Under the pieces are notes generated by a model. The model searched no databases and was not told where the DNA came from. It saw nothing but the letters and a program-made list of their open reading frames with translations. From assembly GCF_000186885.1 (NCBI RefSeq), contig NC_014972.1, positions 1,440,001 through 1,472,000 on the forward strand: 32,000 nt of DNA. The letters run 5' to 3'. Positions 16,618 to 25,708 of the stretch are shown piece after piece. Origin of the DNA: Desulfobulbus propionicus DSM 2032. GTDB lineage: Bacteria; Desulfobacterota; Desulfobulbia; Desulfobulbales; Desulfobulbaceae. Position 1 is the stretch's first letter. Every line of letters begins with the position of its first letter. Position numbers and translations under genes: made by a program.

Positions 16618-17621
16618 CCCTCCTTTTCGGCGCGGGCACGCCGGGCCGCATCCTGCTGCTCGTAGGCTTGGATGATTTCCTGAACCAATGGATGGCGGAC
16701 CACGTCGGCCTTGGAGAAGTGGCGAAAGGCAATGCCCTTGATGCCGGTGAGGATCCGTTCGGCCTGAATCAGTCCGGATTTCTGCGTGCCTGGCAGGTCA
16801 ATCTGGGTGACGTCGCCGGTAATCACCGCTTGCGAGTCGAAGCCGATGCGGGTGAGGAACATCTTCATCTGCTCGCGGGTGGTGTTCTGGGCCTCATCGA
16901 GGATGATGAAGGCGTTGTTCAGTGTCCGGCCGCGCATGAAGGCCAGCGGCGCCACCTCGATCACTCCGCGCTCGGTCAGCTCCTGCGTGCGTTCCTGACC
17001 CATCATGTCGTTGATGGCGTCGGTCAGCGGCCGCAGATAGGGATCGACCTTCTGGGCCATGTCGCCGGGCAGGAAACCGAGTTTCTCGCCGGCTTCCACC
17101 GCCGGCCGGGTGAGGATGATCTTGGCCACCTGCTCCTTGGCCAGGGCAGAAACCGCCATGGCCACAGCCAGATAGGTCTTGCCTGTGCCCGCCGGGCCGA
17201 TGCCGAAGACAATGTCGTTTTCGCGGATCGCCTCGATGTAGAGTTTCTGGTTGACCGATTTGGGCGAGATCACCCGCTTGCGCGCGGTGATGCAGACCTT
17301 GTCGAGGAAGATTTCCTCCAGCCGGGCTTGAGGCGAGGATTCGAGGATCTTGACCCCAAAGGCGATATCCTGGCTGAAGACCGGATAGCCCTTGAGCAGC
17401 AGGCCATACATCTGCTGCAGGGTGGAGGCGGCCAGCTCGACCGCGTGCAGGCGGCCATTGATCCGCAGACCGTTGCCGCGGGCATTGATCGTCACCCCGG
17501 TGGCCTGCTCGATGGTGTGCAGGTTGCGGTTGAGCTCGCCGAACAACTGCTGGGCGAGCCTGTTGTCGGCAAAATCGATCTCCCGCGAGGTTTCGACGTT
17601 GAGGGCTGCCGAGGGCTTCAC
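16614..17621 (-). CDS. ybeZ: PhoH family P-loop ATPase (YbeZ-like)
   Basis: [42 protein letters not shown], classic PhoH signatures. 4-nt overlap with ybeY. Confidence 0.96.
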   Translation of the reverse strand: MKPSAALNVETSREIDFADNRLAQQLFGELNRNLHTIEQATGVTINARGNGLRINGRLHAVELAASTLQQMYGLLLKGYPVFSQDIAFGVKILESSPQARLEEIFLDKVCITARKRVISPKSVNQKLYIEAIRENDIVFGIGPAGTGKTYLAVAMAVSALAKEQVAKIILTRPAVEAGEKLGFLPGDMAQKVDPYLRPLTDAINDMMGQERTQELTERGVIEVAPLAFMRGRTLNNAFIILDEAQNTTREQMKMFLTRIGFDSQAVITGDVTQIDLPGTQKSGLIQAERILTGIKGIAFRHFSKADVVRHPLVQEIIQAYEQQDAARRARAEKEG

Positions 17622-17622
17622 C

Positions 17623-18486
17623 TTACTTGGCTCCTCCGCCGGTCACGGCCTCGTCGACCATCTTTTGCAGGGCGGGCAGGGAACGGTCGCGCGCCGGCCG
17701 GCCGTTGATGAATAGCGACGGAGTGGCCGAGATGTCGGCGAGTTGGGCATCGCTCTTATCCTTGGCCAGCTGCATCTGCACTTCCTGGCCCGCCACGTCG
17801 GCCTTGTAACGCACCATGTCCAGGCCGATGCGCTGGGCGGTTTCGTCAATGACCGTCGGCGTCCAGGTGGTGATCTGGAACAGGGCGTCGTGCATCTCCC
17901 AGAATTTACCCTGCTTCTGGGCGGCAATCGAGGCCAGGGAGGCGGCTTCGGCCTGCTGATGCATGGGCAGCGGCAGGTGTTTGAAGACGATACGCAATTT
18001 GTCCGGGTTTTTGGCCAGCAGTTCGGCCAGCACCGGTTCCAGCTTGCCGCACCAGGGGCACTCGAAGTCGGAGAACAGCACCAGGGTCACCGGTGCATCC
18101 TCCTTGCCGCGCACCGGCGCGCCGGTGATATCGATCTTCTGGTTGAAGCTGACGTCGATGGCGGTATAGGTCTTGGCCTTTTCGTTGGCAAGATAGAGCA
18201 TCTCGCCCCGGGCGGCGATATCGATGGCACTGACGCCCTGATCAACCGGCAGCACGCCCAACTGTTTGCCGTCCGGGGTGAAGATGTAGACCTTGGCATC
18301 GCTGCCGAGAATAAAAACCTTCTTGTTGTCCAGGCTTTGGGCGATGTCCACCGGTTTGGCCGGGATGGGCCAGGAGGCCTGTATCGACCAGTTGAGATTG
18401 CCGGCGGTATAGTTTTTTTTCGGTTCCTGGGCCTGGACGGTCAACGGCAGCAGCAGGGCGGCACAGAGGATGGTTTTTTTCAGCAT
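17623..18486 (-). CDS. Periplasmic DsbA-family thioredoxin-like oxidoreductase with an extra N-terminal domain
   Basis: Signal peptide MLKKTILCAALLLPLTVQA; ...PVTLVLFSDFECPWCGKLEPVL with CPWC active site; SATPSLFINGR cis-Pro motif. Start chosen at 18486. Confidence 0.88.
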   Translation of the reverse strand: MLKKTILCAALLLPLTVQAQEPKKNYTAGNLNWSIQASWPIPAKPVDIAQSLDNKKVFILGSDAKVYIFTPDGKQLGVLPVDQGVSAIDIAARGEMLYLANEKAKTYTAIDVSFNQKIDITGAPVRGKEDAPVTLVLFSDFECPWCGKLEPVLAELLAKNPDKLRIVFKHLPLPMHQQAEAASLASIAAQKQGKFWEMHDALFQITTWTPTVIDETAQRIGLDMVRYKADVAGQEVQMQLAKDKSDAQLADISATPSLFINGRPARDRSLPALQKMVDEAVTGGGAK

Positions 18487-18827
18487 GGGCGGGTTGGATC
18501 CTTTGGTGAAGGTGGGAGTGGAATTGTGCGCTTTGGGCGCGGAGCGGTCACCGGCGGCAATGGTTTTCTTGCGTTTAACTTCTTGAACTGACGCGATTAC
18601 GCCCCTTGCTAGCGAAAATTGTGTTGCACTATACCGACAGGTCGGCGAATGCGCAAGCGGCAAGAGGGGGAGAACCGCGGCGGCGCGGCCCTGGCCTTAT
18701 GTCTTGCCGACCGCCCGGCCGATCCGCCTGGTTTGGTGATGGCCACGTATTGTCCGTGGAGGTGAAAAGGGGGGCGCCTGGCACGGCGTTTTGGCTGAAC
18801 TTATTGAAAACAGGCAATTTTGCCGAA

Positions 18828-18843
18828 ACACTACATATTGCAT
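18828..18843 (+). promoter_or_regulatory. NrdR box 1
   Basis: acactacatattgcat, a close match to the NrdR consensus acaCwAtATaTwGtgt. Confidence 0.75.
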
Positions 18844-18859
18844 TATTTATTATTGATGA

Positions 18860-18875
18860 TCTCTATATGTTGTGA
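18860..18875 (+). promoter_or_regulatory. NrdR box 2
   Basis: tctctatatgttgtga, a close match to the NrdR consensus. Start-to-start spacing from box 1 is 32 bp, as in known paired boxes. Confidence 0.75.
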
Positions 18876-19030
18876 TAAGTTGCCGTCGGCGATGGCGAGC
18901 GACCGACGCGAAAACCCATGCGGCACGATGCTGGCCAAAAGGGTGGCGCGACAAGGGCTTGCCGCCAGGGGAGGGGGGAGCGACCGGCCGCCGCCGCGCC
19001 GTTGATCCGCCGCCAAGAGAAGACGATGAG

Positions 19031-21226
19031 ATGAATTCAGACCACGAGGCCACCATGACCAGAAGCATACCCAAACAGCAGTTGACCGATACCGCGGAAA
19101 CCGTCCTTGAGCGGCGGTACTACCTTAAGGATGCGGAGGGCAAGCCGCTTGAAAACTGGGAAACCCTGTGCCGTCGGGTGAGCAATGCCGTGGCCCAGGT
19201 CGACCTGGATCAGCCCGATTACGAGGGGCTGGCCGACCGCTTCTTCACCATGATCTACTATCTCGACTTCCTGCCCAACTCGCCCTGTCTGATGAACGCC
19301 GGCACCGACCTCGGCCAGCTGTCGGCCTGCTTCGTCCTGCCGGTGGAAGATTCGATGGACGGCATCTTTACCTCCATCCGCAATGGTGCCCTGGTGCACA
19401 AGACCGGCGGCGGTACCGGCTACTCCTTCTCCCGCCTGCGGCCGAAAAACTCGGCGGTGCAGTCGACCCAGGGCGTGGCCTCCGGCCCCTTGAGCTTTGC
19501 CGCCGTGTTCGATGCCGCCACCGAAACCATCAAGCAGGGCGGCAAGCGAAGAGGCGCCAACATGGGCGTGCTCCGGGTGGATCATCCGGACATCCTGGAG
19601 TTCATCGTCGCCAAGCAGGATCAGACCCGCTACACCAACTTCAACTTCAGCGTCGCCATCACCGACCTGTTCATGGAGGCGGTGAAAAACGATCAGGAAT
19701 ATGACCTGATCGACCCCTCCAACGGCGACATCATCCGAACCCTGCGCGCCCGCGAGGTGTTCGACAAGATCGTCGATCTGGCCTGGCACAACGGCGAGCC
19801 CGGAGTGCTGTTCATCGACGCCGCCAACCGCGACAACACCACCCCGCAGCTGGGCAAGTTCGAGGCCACCAACCCGTGCGGCGAACAGTGGCTGCTGCCC
19901 TATGAGTCCTGCAATCTCGGCTCGATCAACCTGGGCCAGTACGTCAAGAACGGCAAGGTCGATTGGGAGCGGCTGGGCGCCACCGCCCGGCTGGCGGTGC
20001 GTTTTCTCGACAACGTCATCGACTGCAACCGCTTTCCCATCCCCGAGATCGCCGAGATGACCCAGAAGACCCGCAAGGTGGGCCTGGGCATCATGGGCCT
20101 GCACGACATGCTCATCCAGCTGGAACTGCCCTACGGCAGCGAGGAGGGCCGCCAAGCCGCGGCCGAGGTCATGGCCTTTGTCCGCACCGAGGCCGAGGCC
20201 GCCTCCATCGAACTGGCCACGATGAAGGGTCCTTTTCCCGCCTATGACGAGCGGTTCAACACATATCCGGCCCGGCGCAACGCCGCCCTGACCTCGATCC
20301 AACCCACCGGTACGGTGTCGATGATCGCCGATTGCGCCTCGGGTTGTGAGCCCTACTTCTCCATCGTCATGATCAAGAACGTCATGGACAACGACCGGCT
20401 GTTGATGGTCAACAAGCTCTTTGAACGCATCGCCCGCGCCGAGGGGTTCTATTCGGCCGAGCTGATGGAAAAGGTGGCCAAGAGCGGCACGGTCATCGGT
20501 CACGCCGCCATCCCCAAACGCTGGCAGGAGATCTTCCGCACCGCCCAGGACATCAGCCCGGAGCAGCACATCCGCATGCAGGGCGTCCTGCAGAAAAACG
20601 GAGTCGACAGCTCGATCTCCAAGACCATCAACCTGCCGTCCTCGGCCACCCAGGACGATGTGCGCACTGCCTACATGCTCGGCTTCGAGCTCGGTTGCAA
20701 GGGCTTGACCGTCTACCGCGACGGCTCCCGCGACCATCAGGTACTCAACACCGTGGCCAGCAGCGCCGACAAGACCGCCGTGGCCGGCAGCGAGGGGCTG
20801 GTGCAGAAGGCCACCTTGCCCGATGTGCTCAGCGCCAAGCGCTATCGGCTCAAGGACATCAACCAGGAAACCATCTATCTGATTGTCTGTTTCGACGAGG
20901 ACGAAAAACCCATGGAGGTCTTTGCCAAGTTTCCCTTCGACAACCGGGTGGATTTGAAAGATAAATCCACCATGTGGACCACCACCTGCCGGCTGGTGTC
21001 GCTGGCGCTCCGGTATCAGATTCCCATGGATGAGATCATCAAGCAGCTGGATCGCTCCTCCGGCCACATGCTCGATCTGCCGGCCCAGTTGGGCAAGCTG
21101 TTGAAATCGTTCATGGCCGCCACCCAGCATGGATTCGCCTCGATCTGTCCGGAGTGTCAGGGAAAATTGGTGTTCGAGGAGGGGTGCGAGGTGTGCCGGG
21201 ATTGCGGGTATTCGAAGTGTTCGTGA
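19031..21226 (+). CDS. nrdJ: Adenosylcobalamin-dependent (class II) ribonucleoside-diphosphate reductase
   Basis: FLPNSPCLMNAG, KTGGGTGYSFSRLRP, NPCGEQWLLPYESCNLGSINL and C-terminal zinc-ribbon-like CPECQGKLVFEEGCEVCRDCGYSKC. Start chosen at ATG 19031 (MNSDHEATM...). Confidence 0.92.
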   Translation: MNSDHEATMTRSIPKQQLTDTAETVLERRYYLKDAEGKPLENWETLCRRVSNAVAQVDLDQPDYEGLADRFFTMIYYLDFLPNSPCLMNAGTDLGQLSACFVLPVEDSMDGIFTSIRNGALVHKTGGGTGYSFSRLRPKNSAVQSTQGVASGPLSFAAVFDAATETIKQGGKRRGANMGVLRVDHPDILEFIVAKQDQTRYTNFNFSVAITDLFMEAVKNDQEYDLIDPSNGDIIRTLRAREVFDKIVDLAWHNGEPGVLFIDAANRDNTTPQLGKFEATNPCGEQWLLPYESCNLGSINLGQYVKNGKVDWERLGATARLAVRFLDNVIDCNRFPIPEIAEMTQKTRKVGLGIMGLHDMLIQLELPYGSEEGRQAAAEVMAFVRTEAEAASIELATMKGPFPAYDERFNTYPARRNAALTSIQPTGTVSMIADCASGCEPYFSIVMIKNVMDNDRLLMVNKLFERIARAEGFYSAELMEKVAKSGTVIGHAAIPKRWQEIFRTAQDISPEQHIRMQGVLQKNGVDSSISKTINLPSSATQDDVRTAYMLGFELGCKGLTVYRDGSRDHQVLNTVASSADKTAVAGSEGLVQKATLPDVLSAKRYRLKDINQETIYLIVCFDEDEKPMEVFAKFPFDNRVDLKDKSTMWTTTCRLVSLALRYQIPMDEIIKQLDRSSGHMLDLPAQLGKLLKSFMAATQHGFASICPECQGKLVFEEGCEVCRDCGYSKCS

Positions 21227-21442
21227 TGGGGGAGTCCGGCGAGACGTGCCGATTCGTGCATTGGCGACACAGCTAATCTTTGTCGTTTGACTTTGTCTTT
21301 TCATCGGGTCGGAAAAGTAAAGAGAGACAATGAGCGAATGATATTAAGCGGTTCGGTAAGGAGAGTGTGAGACGAGGAGCCGATATTTTTAACTCAAGAT
21401 CAGCCTATCAATACTGTTATATTCTAAATAAACATCAATGAC

Positions 21443-21676
21443 ATGAAGCTAAAAACTGGCGACGCTCTTCTAAAAGAAGCACAAAAACTTGGCGTTTCAA
21501 CATCAGAAATTGGTGGCCCGGAAAATTGGGCTGAACTGCAAACAAGGGTAATGGAAGCAAAAAGGTTTAAGAGAGAAAGCCTTGCTTGGGCCGTTGCTCT
21601 TGCTTCAGCCATTGCTTCAGCGTTTAGCGCTGCTGCTGCTTGGTATGCCATTGTCTCCAAAATTCAATGCCCTTAG
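21443..21676 (+). CDS. Small hypothetical protein with a C-terminal TM segment
   Basis: 77 aa MKLKTGDALLKEAQKLGVSTSEIGG...LAWAVALASAIASAFSAAAAWYAIVSKIQCP, plausible tail anchor. Confidence 0.45.
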   Translation: MKLKTGDALLKEAQKLGVSTSEIGGPENWAELQTRVMEAKRFKRESLAWAVALASAIASAFSAAAAWYAIVSKIQCP

Positions 21677-21683
21677 CCGGGTA

Positions 21684-21710
21684 GGGTGGGCACGGCTGTA
21701 TCGTACCCAC
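21684..21710. repeat. REP-like imperfect palindrome A
   Basis: ggtgggcacg (21684-21693) / cgtacccacc (21701-21710), 9/10 complementary, 7-nt loop. Confidence 0.65.
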
Positions 21711-21760
21711 CAACGACTCGAATTCCTTCATGATTTTTTTTGATTGTTCCCCTGCTCCAG

Positions 21761-21788
21761 CGTGGGAACGCAGCCACACGCTCCCGCG
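21761..21788. repeat. REP-like imperfect palindrome B
   Basis: cgtgggaacg (21761-21770) / cgctcccgcg (21779-21788), one mismatch and one wobble, 8-nt loop. Confidence 0.55.
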
Positions 21789-21835
21789 TCGGAATTATGA
21801 GGACAACCACGTCGAGCTGGCATAACAGCCCCTGT

Positions 21836-21890
21836 TCGCGGGCATGGCCCGCTCCTACCATGGGGGCGTAGGAGCGGGCCATGCCCGCGA
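21836..21890. repeat. REP/BIME-like perfect 23-bp inverted repeat
   Basis: tcgcgggcatggcccgctcctac (21836-21858) and gtaggagcgggccatgcccgcga (21868-21890), 9-nt spacer. Each arm also contains its own short palindrome (gcgggc.atggcccgc). Confidence 0.85.
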
Positions 21891-21941
21891 TTTGAATCTG
21901 AGTGCGCCGCCCTGTAAAATATTCCGCAACCCAATTCTGCT

Positions 21942-23558
21942 ATGCGCGAGGTAATGATGCGTCGAATTGTTTCCGTCGTGATCGGATTTCTGATCGGCTT
22001 GGACCTCCTGCCGTTTGCCGTTGCAACGGCCGAAACCTTAGCTGACATCGATCAGGAGATTCAGAGCAATCAGGCCATCAAGACCGATCGCGGCGGGCTG
22101 GATGCCTTCAATATTTACCAAGGCGTCACCAACGACCGCCTGGAGCGCAAAGTTGCCATTCTTGAGCAAGTTGCCATCCATCCCCGTTTTTATCAGACAG
22201 GGGACGGAACCAGAGACTACACCAATTTTTATTCGTTCACCAGCCGGGCGGGGTTCACCGACACCGAGCTGGCTATCGTCCAGACCGATGCGCCGCTGCG
22301 TCTCTATCGGCGGGGCGACAGCGGCTATAGGGAGGCCTCGGGTTACCTGGGCAGTTGGTGGAGCGATCAGTATCGCGGCGTGCCCTCTAGTCGGGACGAG
22401 TTGGCCATCTTGGCGGCCTGGGGCAGCGATTTGCAGCGTATTTACGTGATCGATATGCCGGCGGGCCACACCCTGATCGGCGGCACCGCCGCCCCGATGG
22501 AACGAAACGGGGAATATCGACCCGGCGGTGGTTCTCAGTTCTACTACCGGGGCGCACCCGTCGATTGGCTGGTCTACGCGCTCTTTGCCCCCGATTACCT
22601 AAAAAGCTATGCCGGCGCGGTGACCGGTGCGCAGAAATTGGGACACGGCATTGCCGTCGACTTGGGGGACCACCTCGATCAAACCCGTCATGCGGCGACC
22701 ATTGACCGTGCATCGAATGATGGCGGGGCAGGGGACCAGCGGGATGCCGTGTGGCTGCGAGGGTTTGGCGGCGATTTGGACTTCGATGAGGATGACGGCA
22801 ACGCGGTTGATGCCCAGAGCACGGGAATGAGCCTCGGCTGGCAGCGCAGGTTCGGCGGCACATCATCAAGCGATCGATCAAGGACGTACCTGGGCCTGCT
22901 GCTGTCCCAAGGGCGGCAAGAGCAGCAGTATCAGGCCAGCGGTGTCGAAAACACGGCCGAGACAACAATGGGCGGACTCTACGGGCTGTACCTGCACGAC
23001 CGATTGGCTCCCCGTTCCTGGTTTGGCAGCTTTTCCCTGCTGTACGGCGGGCTCGACCTGGACAATGCGGTTCCGGGCGAGCTGGGGCATGGGCTGGATC
23101 AGACCTATGACGGCAACCTCATGGTGCTGACCGTGGCCAACGGCCTGACCTTCCGCTGGCACGACGGCTGGTCGCTCACGCCGCAACTCCAGCTTTCCCA
23201 CGCCAAGGTGGATCAGGATGATTTCAACGATGACCTGGGCGCGCGCATCAGGCTGCGCCAGGGGGATTCCTTGGTGGGCCGCCTTGGCGTGGAAGTGGGC
23301 AAGACCCTGTGGCCCACCGGTTGGCTGCAGGCCCATTGCTGGACTAAGATTAGCTATCTCCGCGATTTTTCAGCGACCAACGAGGTTTGGGTGGCGGATG
23401 ACCTGGCCAGGAGCGCCGTGGATGAGGACGGATATCTGATGGCGGTGGGCGCCACAGTGCAGCTCGGCCAACGATGGAGCCTGCGTGGCCAGGTGGAAAC
23501 GTTTGCCGGCGGTGAGCAGGGGGTTCAGGGAAGTTTGGCTGTGCACTATGGGTGGTGA
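21942..23558 (+). CDS. Autotransporter-type outer membrane beta-barrel domain protein
   Basis: Signal peptide; C-terminal half with repeated barrel strands (RDAVWLRGFGGDLDFDEDD..., GLYGLYLHD, LAVHYGW terminus ending in aromatic W). Confidence 0.8.
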   Translation: MREVMMRRIVSVVIGFLIGLDLLPFAVATAETLADIDQEIQSNQAIKTDRGGLDAFNIYQGVTNDRLERKVAILEQVAIHPRFYQTGDGTRDYTNFYSFTSRAGFTDTELAIVQTDAPLRLYRRGDSGYREASGYLGSWWSDQYRGVPSSRDELAILAAWGSDLQRIYVIDMPAGHTLIGGTAAPMERNGEYRPGGGSQFYYRGAPVDWLVYALFAPDYLKSYAGAVTGAQKLGHGIAVDLGDHLDQTRHAATIDRASNDGGAGDQRDAVWLRGFGGDLDFDEDDGNAVDAQSTGMSLGWQRRFGGTSSSDRSRTYLGLLLSQGRQEQQYQASGVENTAETTMGGLYGLYLHDRLAPRSWFGSFSLLYGGLDLDNAVPGELGHGLDQTYDGNLMVLTVANGLTFRWHDGWSLTPQLQLSHAKVDQDDFNDDLGARIRLRQGDSLVGRLGVEVGKTLWPTGWLQAHCWTKISYLRDFSATNEVWVADDLARSAVDEDGYLMAVGATVQLGQRWSLRGQVETFAGGEQGVQGSLAVHYGW

Positions 23559-24137
23559 TCTGCCAGGCCACGCGAGACAGAAAGGCATTACTGAAATTAC
23601 GGGGACAGTATATGTTTTTGACCGAGCAAGGGCAGGCGTCCAAGGCACTGGCTTGGCTTTGCGACAGCGCTTTCGCGCGCAAAAATGGGTGCTGTTTGGG
23701 CGAAGCGCCTGGAGCGCGACGGGGGTAGCTCATCCTCGCCGGTGCAAAAGGGGTGACGGCCCGTTTGACACCCCGGTTGCCATGCACAAAATTGGCAGTT
23801 CCAGGCTGCAAAATGAACTTCTCATCATGTTTGGCAAGGCAAAGTTTGACGCTCTGTCGTGCTGATTTTACTGGTTCCTGGGACGGGTTTTAAAAATACA
23901 TTTTATTTCAATACCTTATAAAGGTATATTGGCCATCGTCGCGGCCTGTTCGCGCCTGTCTCGAACACGTCATTTTTCGCTGGCTACGGAAAAAAAATTG
24001 TTCTGCATTTCCGGTAGGTTCCTTTGCCCTCTTGGACCCTGAAAAATGGTTTGTGTTGCAATATACGGAATTTCTGTTATTTTGCCTCATCTTGAGAGAA
24101 AAAAGCCTCCATGACTTCAACTTGAGAGAATACATTT

Positions 24138-24614
24138 ATGAAGACCACCAAGCTCGTTTTCATGGTTATGATCGGCTTGGCGATGATCGAATTTACTGCA
24201 GGACAATCATTCAACATTGCCGCCGCTGCCTCAGTCAAGACAGCAAAAACATCGCTTGCCTCTTCCAAAACTAAAGCCAAATCCACCGCTACTGCCGCCA
24301 AGTCAAAAAAATTGATGAAAGGGGTAGCCACCGTCTATGCCGATAAATTCATCGGCAGGAAAACCGCCAGCGGCCAACGGTTCCGCCAGAGCGAACTGAC
24401 CGCCGCCCATCGTTTGTTGCCACTTGGCACCAAGGTGCGGGTCACCAACCTCCGCAATCAAAAAACAGTCGAAGTACGGATCAACGATCGCGGGCCTTGG
24501 GCCAAGGGCCGGATCATTGATCTGTCGGCTGCCGCAGCGGCCAAGGTCGGGATGGCCAAGCGCGGCACCGCCTTGGTCAAACTCGAGGTCGTCTCCTCGG
24601 CCTCCTCGGGTTGA
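24138..24614 (+). CDS. RlpA-like double-psi beta-barrel protein
   Basis: KGVATVYADKFIGRKTASGQRFRQSELTAAHRLLPLGTKVRVTNLRNQKTVEVRINDRGPWAKGRIIDLSAAAA, a textbook RlpA signature, preceded by a signal peptide. Confidence 0.95.
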   Translation: MKTTKLVFMVMIGLAMIEFTAGQSFNIAAAASVKTAKTSLASSKTKAKSTATAAKSKKLMKGVATVYADKFIGRKTASGQRFRQSELTAAHRLLPLGTKVRVTNLRNQKTVEVRINDRGPWAKGRIIDLSAAAAAKVGMAKRGTALVKLEVVSSASSG

Positions 24615-25014
24615 TCCCGCAAGAGCGCTGACAGCTCCGCGTCTCCGGTGGATGCGGTTGGTCGTTTCATCGCGACGCGTCTTTTTTCTTCTTATACGCT
24701 CCAAATCCTCCTGCGCAGCCAACGAAACGGTGGTTGCGCATTTTTCTCTTGCGCGTCTCGTCCTTGCATGGGGCTGCCAGGGATGTCGTGCGCCTTATCC
24801 GGTGAGACGTCGTTCAAAGACCATACCGGGCATGGTGGATTCCGCCGCCGCTCCATTTCGTGCTTGTCTTACCGCAAAATGTTCAGTAATAGTTTGCCAT
24901 TAGCCGCGATTTTTGGAGGGTGCGGCTTTGCGTTGAAGGTGCGGCCCGCCGGGAACTGCCTGAAACCCTTGTGTTGGCTGCAATCCTTATCCAACTTATT
25001 GTAGGAGGAACAGC

Positions 25015-25329
25015 ATGGCACGAAAAACCTTTGGTCTCTTTCTTTCCCTTTTGTGTGCGGTCCTGCTTTCGTTGACCGTCTCCTGTACCACCCCGGCAGG
25101 ACGAACCACGGGGCAGGTGGTGGATGATGCCGGCATCACCACCCAGGTGAAGGCCGATCTGTTGGCCGACAAGGAGGTCAGCGGTCTGGCGGTATCCGTG
25201 GAAACCTTCAAGGGCGAGGTGGTGCTGACCGGCGCGGTCGATACCCCGGCCCAACGGAAAAAGGCCGAGCAGATCGCCTCCAAGGTGCACGGCGTCACCC
25301 GGGTGAAAAACCTGATCAAACTGAAATAA
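25015..25329 (+). CDS. BON-domain lipoprotein
   Basis: Lipobox LTVSC followed by a BON domain (VKADLLADKEVSGLAVSVETFKGEVVLTGAVDTPAQRKKAEQIASKVHGVTRVKNLIKL). Confidence 0.92.
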   Translation: MARKTFGLFLSLLCAVLLSLTVSCTTPAGRTTGQVVDDAGITTQVKADLLADKEVSGLAVSVETFKGEVVLTGAVDTPAQRKKAEQIASKVHGVTRVKNLIKLK

Positions 25330-25377
25330 CGCCGGCATGCCCCGGGTGCGGATCAGCACCCGGAGACGGATGCCCCT

Positions 25378-25410
25378 AAACGGAAACAGTGATTGTGTTT
25401 CCGTTTTTTT
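25378..25410 (+). terminator. Rho-independent terminator after the BON lipoprotein gene
   Basis: Perfect 11-bp stem aaacggaaaca (25378-25388) / tgtttccgttt (25396-25406), with the T run continuing after the stem. Confidence 0.85.
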
Positions 25411-25708
25411 AACTCCTTATTACGGGGACAGGATATATATTTTTGACTTCCTGCTGCCAAGAGGGGCAGAAGCATGGAGTGGTTGGTCGCCCAATCCTCT
25501 TTCGCTTCTCCGCGTGGCCCAGATGATCCTGATCCGTGTCTCACGCCCCTGCTGCCCTGGGAACTCCCGGTTTGGCCGATGGAACTCGCGCGGGTGTCCT
25601 GCAAGCGATACTTGCTGCAATTTTTGTTGCACATTTTGAAATTTTTTCGTTATTGCACTTATATTCAACGCATCAACATCAACATCAACATGCACCTGGG
25701 AGGGAACC

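Noticed and set aside
18606-18875. 89-aa ORF upstream of nrdJ
   Set aside because: Overlaps the NrdR boxes, has no SD or recognisable domain, and is likely non-coding leader/promoter sequence.
18600-19030. Cobalamin riboswitch upstream of the B12-dependent reductase
   Set aside because: I looked for a B12-box-like sequence on the coding strand (for example near ggtgatggccacg) and found no convincing match. A covariance-model search (Rfam RF00174) would decide.
19037-21304. 755-aa minus-strand ORF antisense to nrdJ
   Set aside because: Shadow of a highly biased, GC-rich coding strand. The plus-strand frame encodes a clearly recognisable ribonucleotide reductase, and the antisense protein has low-complexity A/G/V/L/H composition.
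23485-23865. 126-aa ORF overlapping the end of the autotransporter gene
   Set aside because: Out-of-frame overlap with a real CDS, reads through the dispersed ggggacag repeat, and has no family signature.
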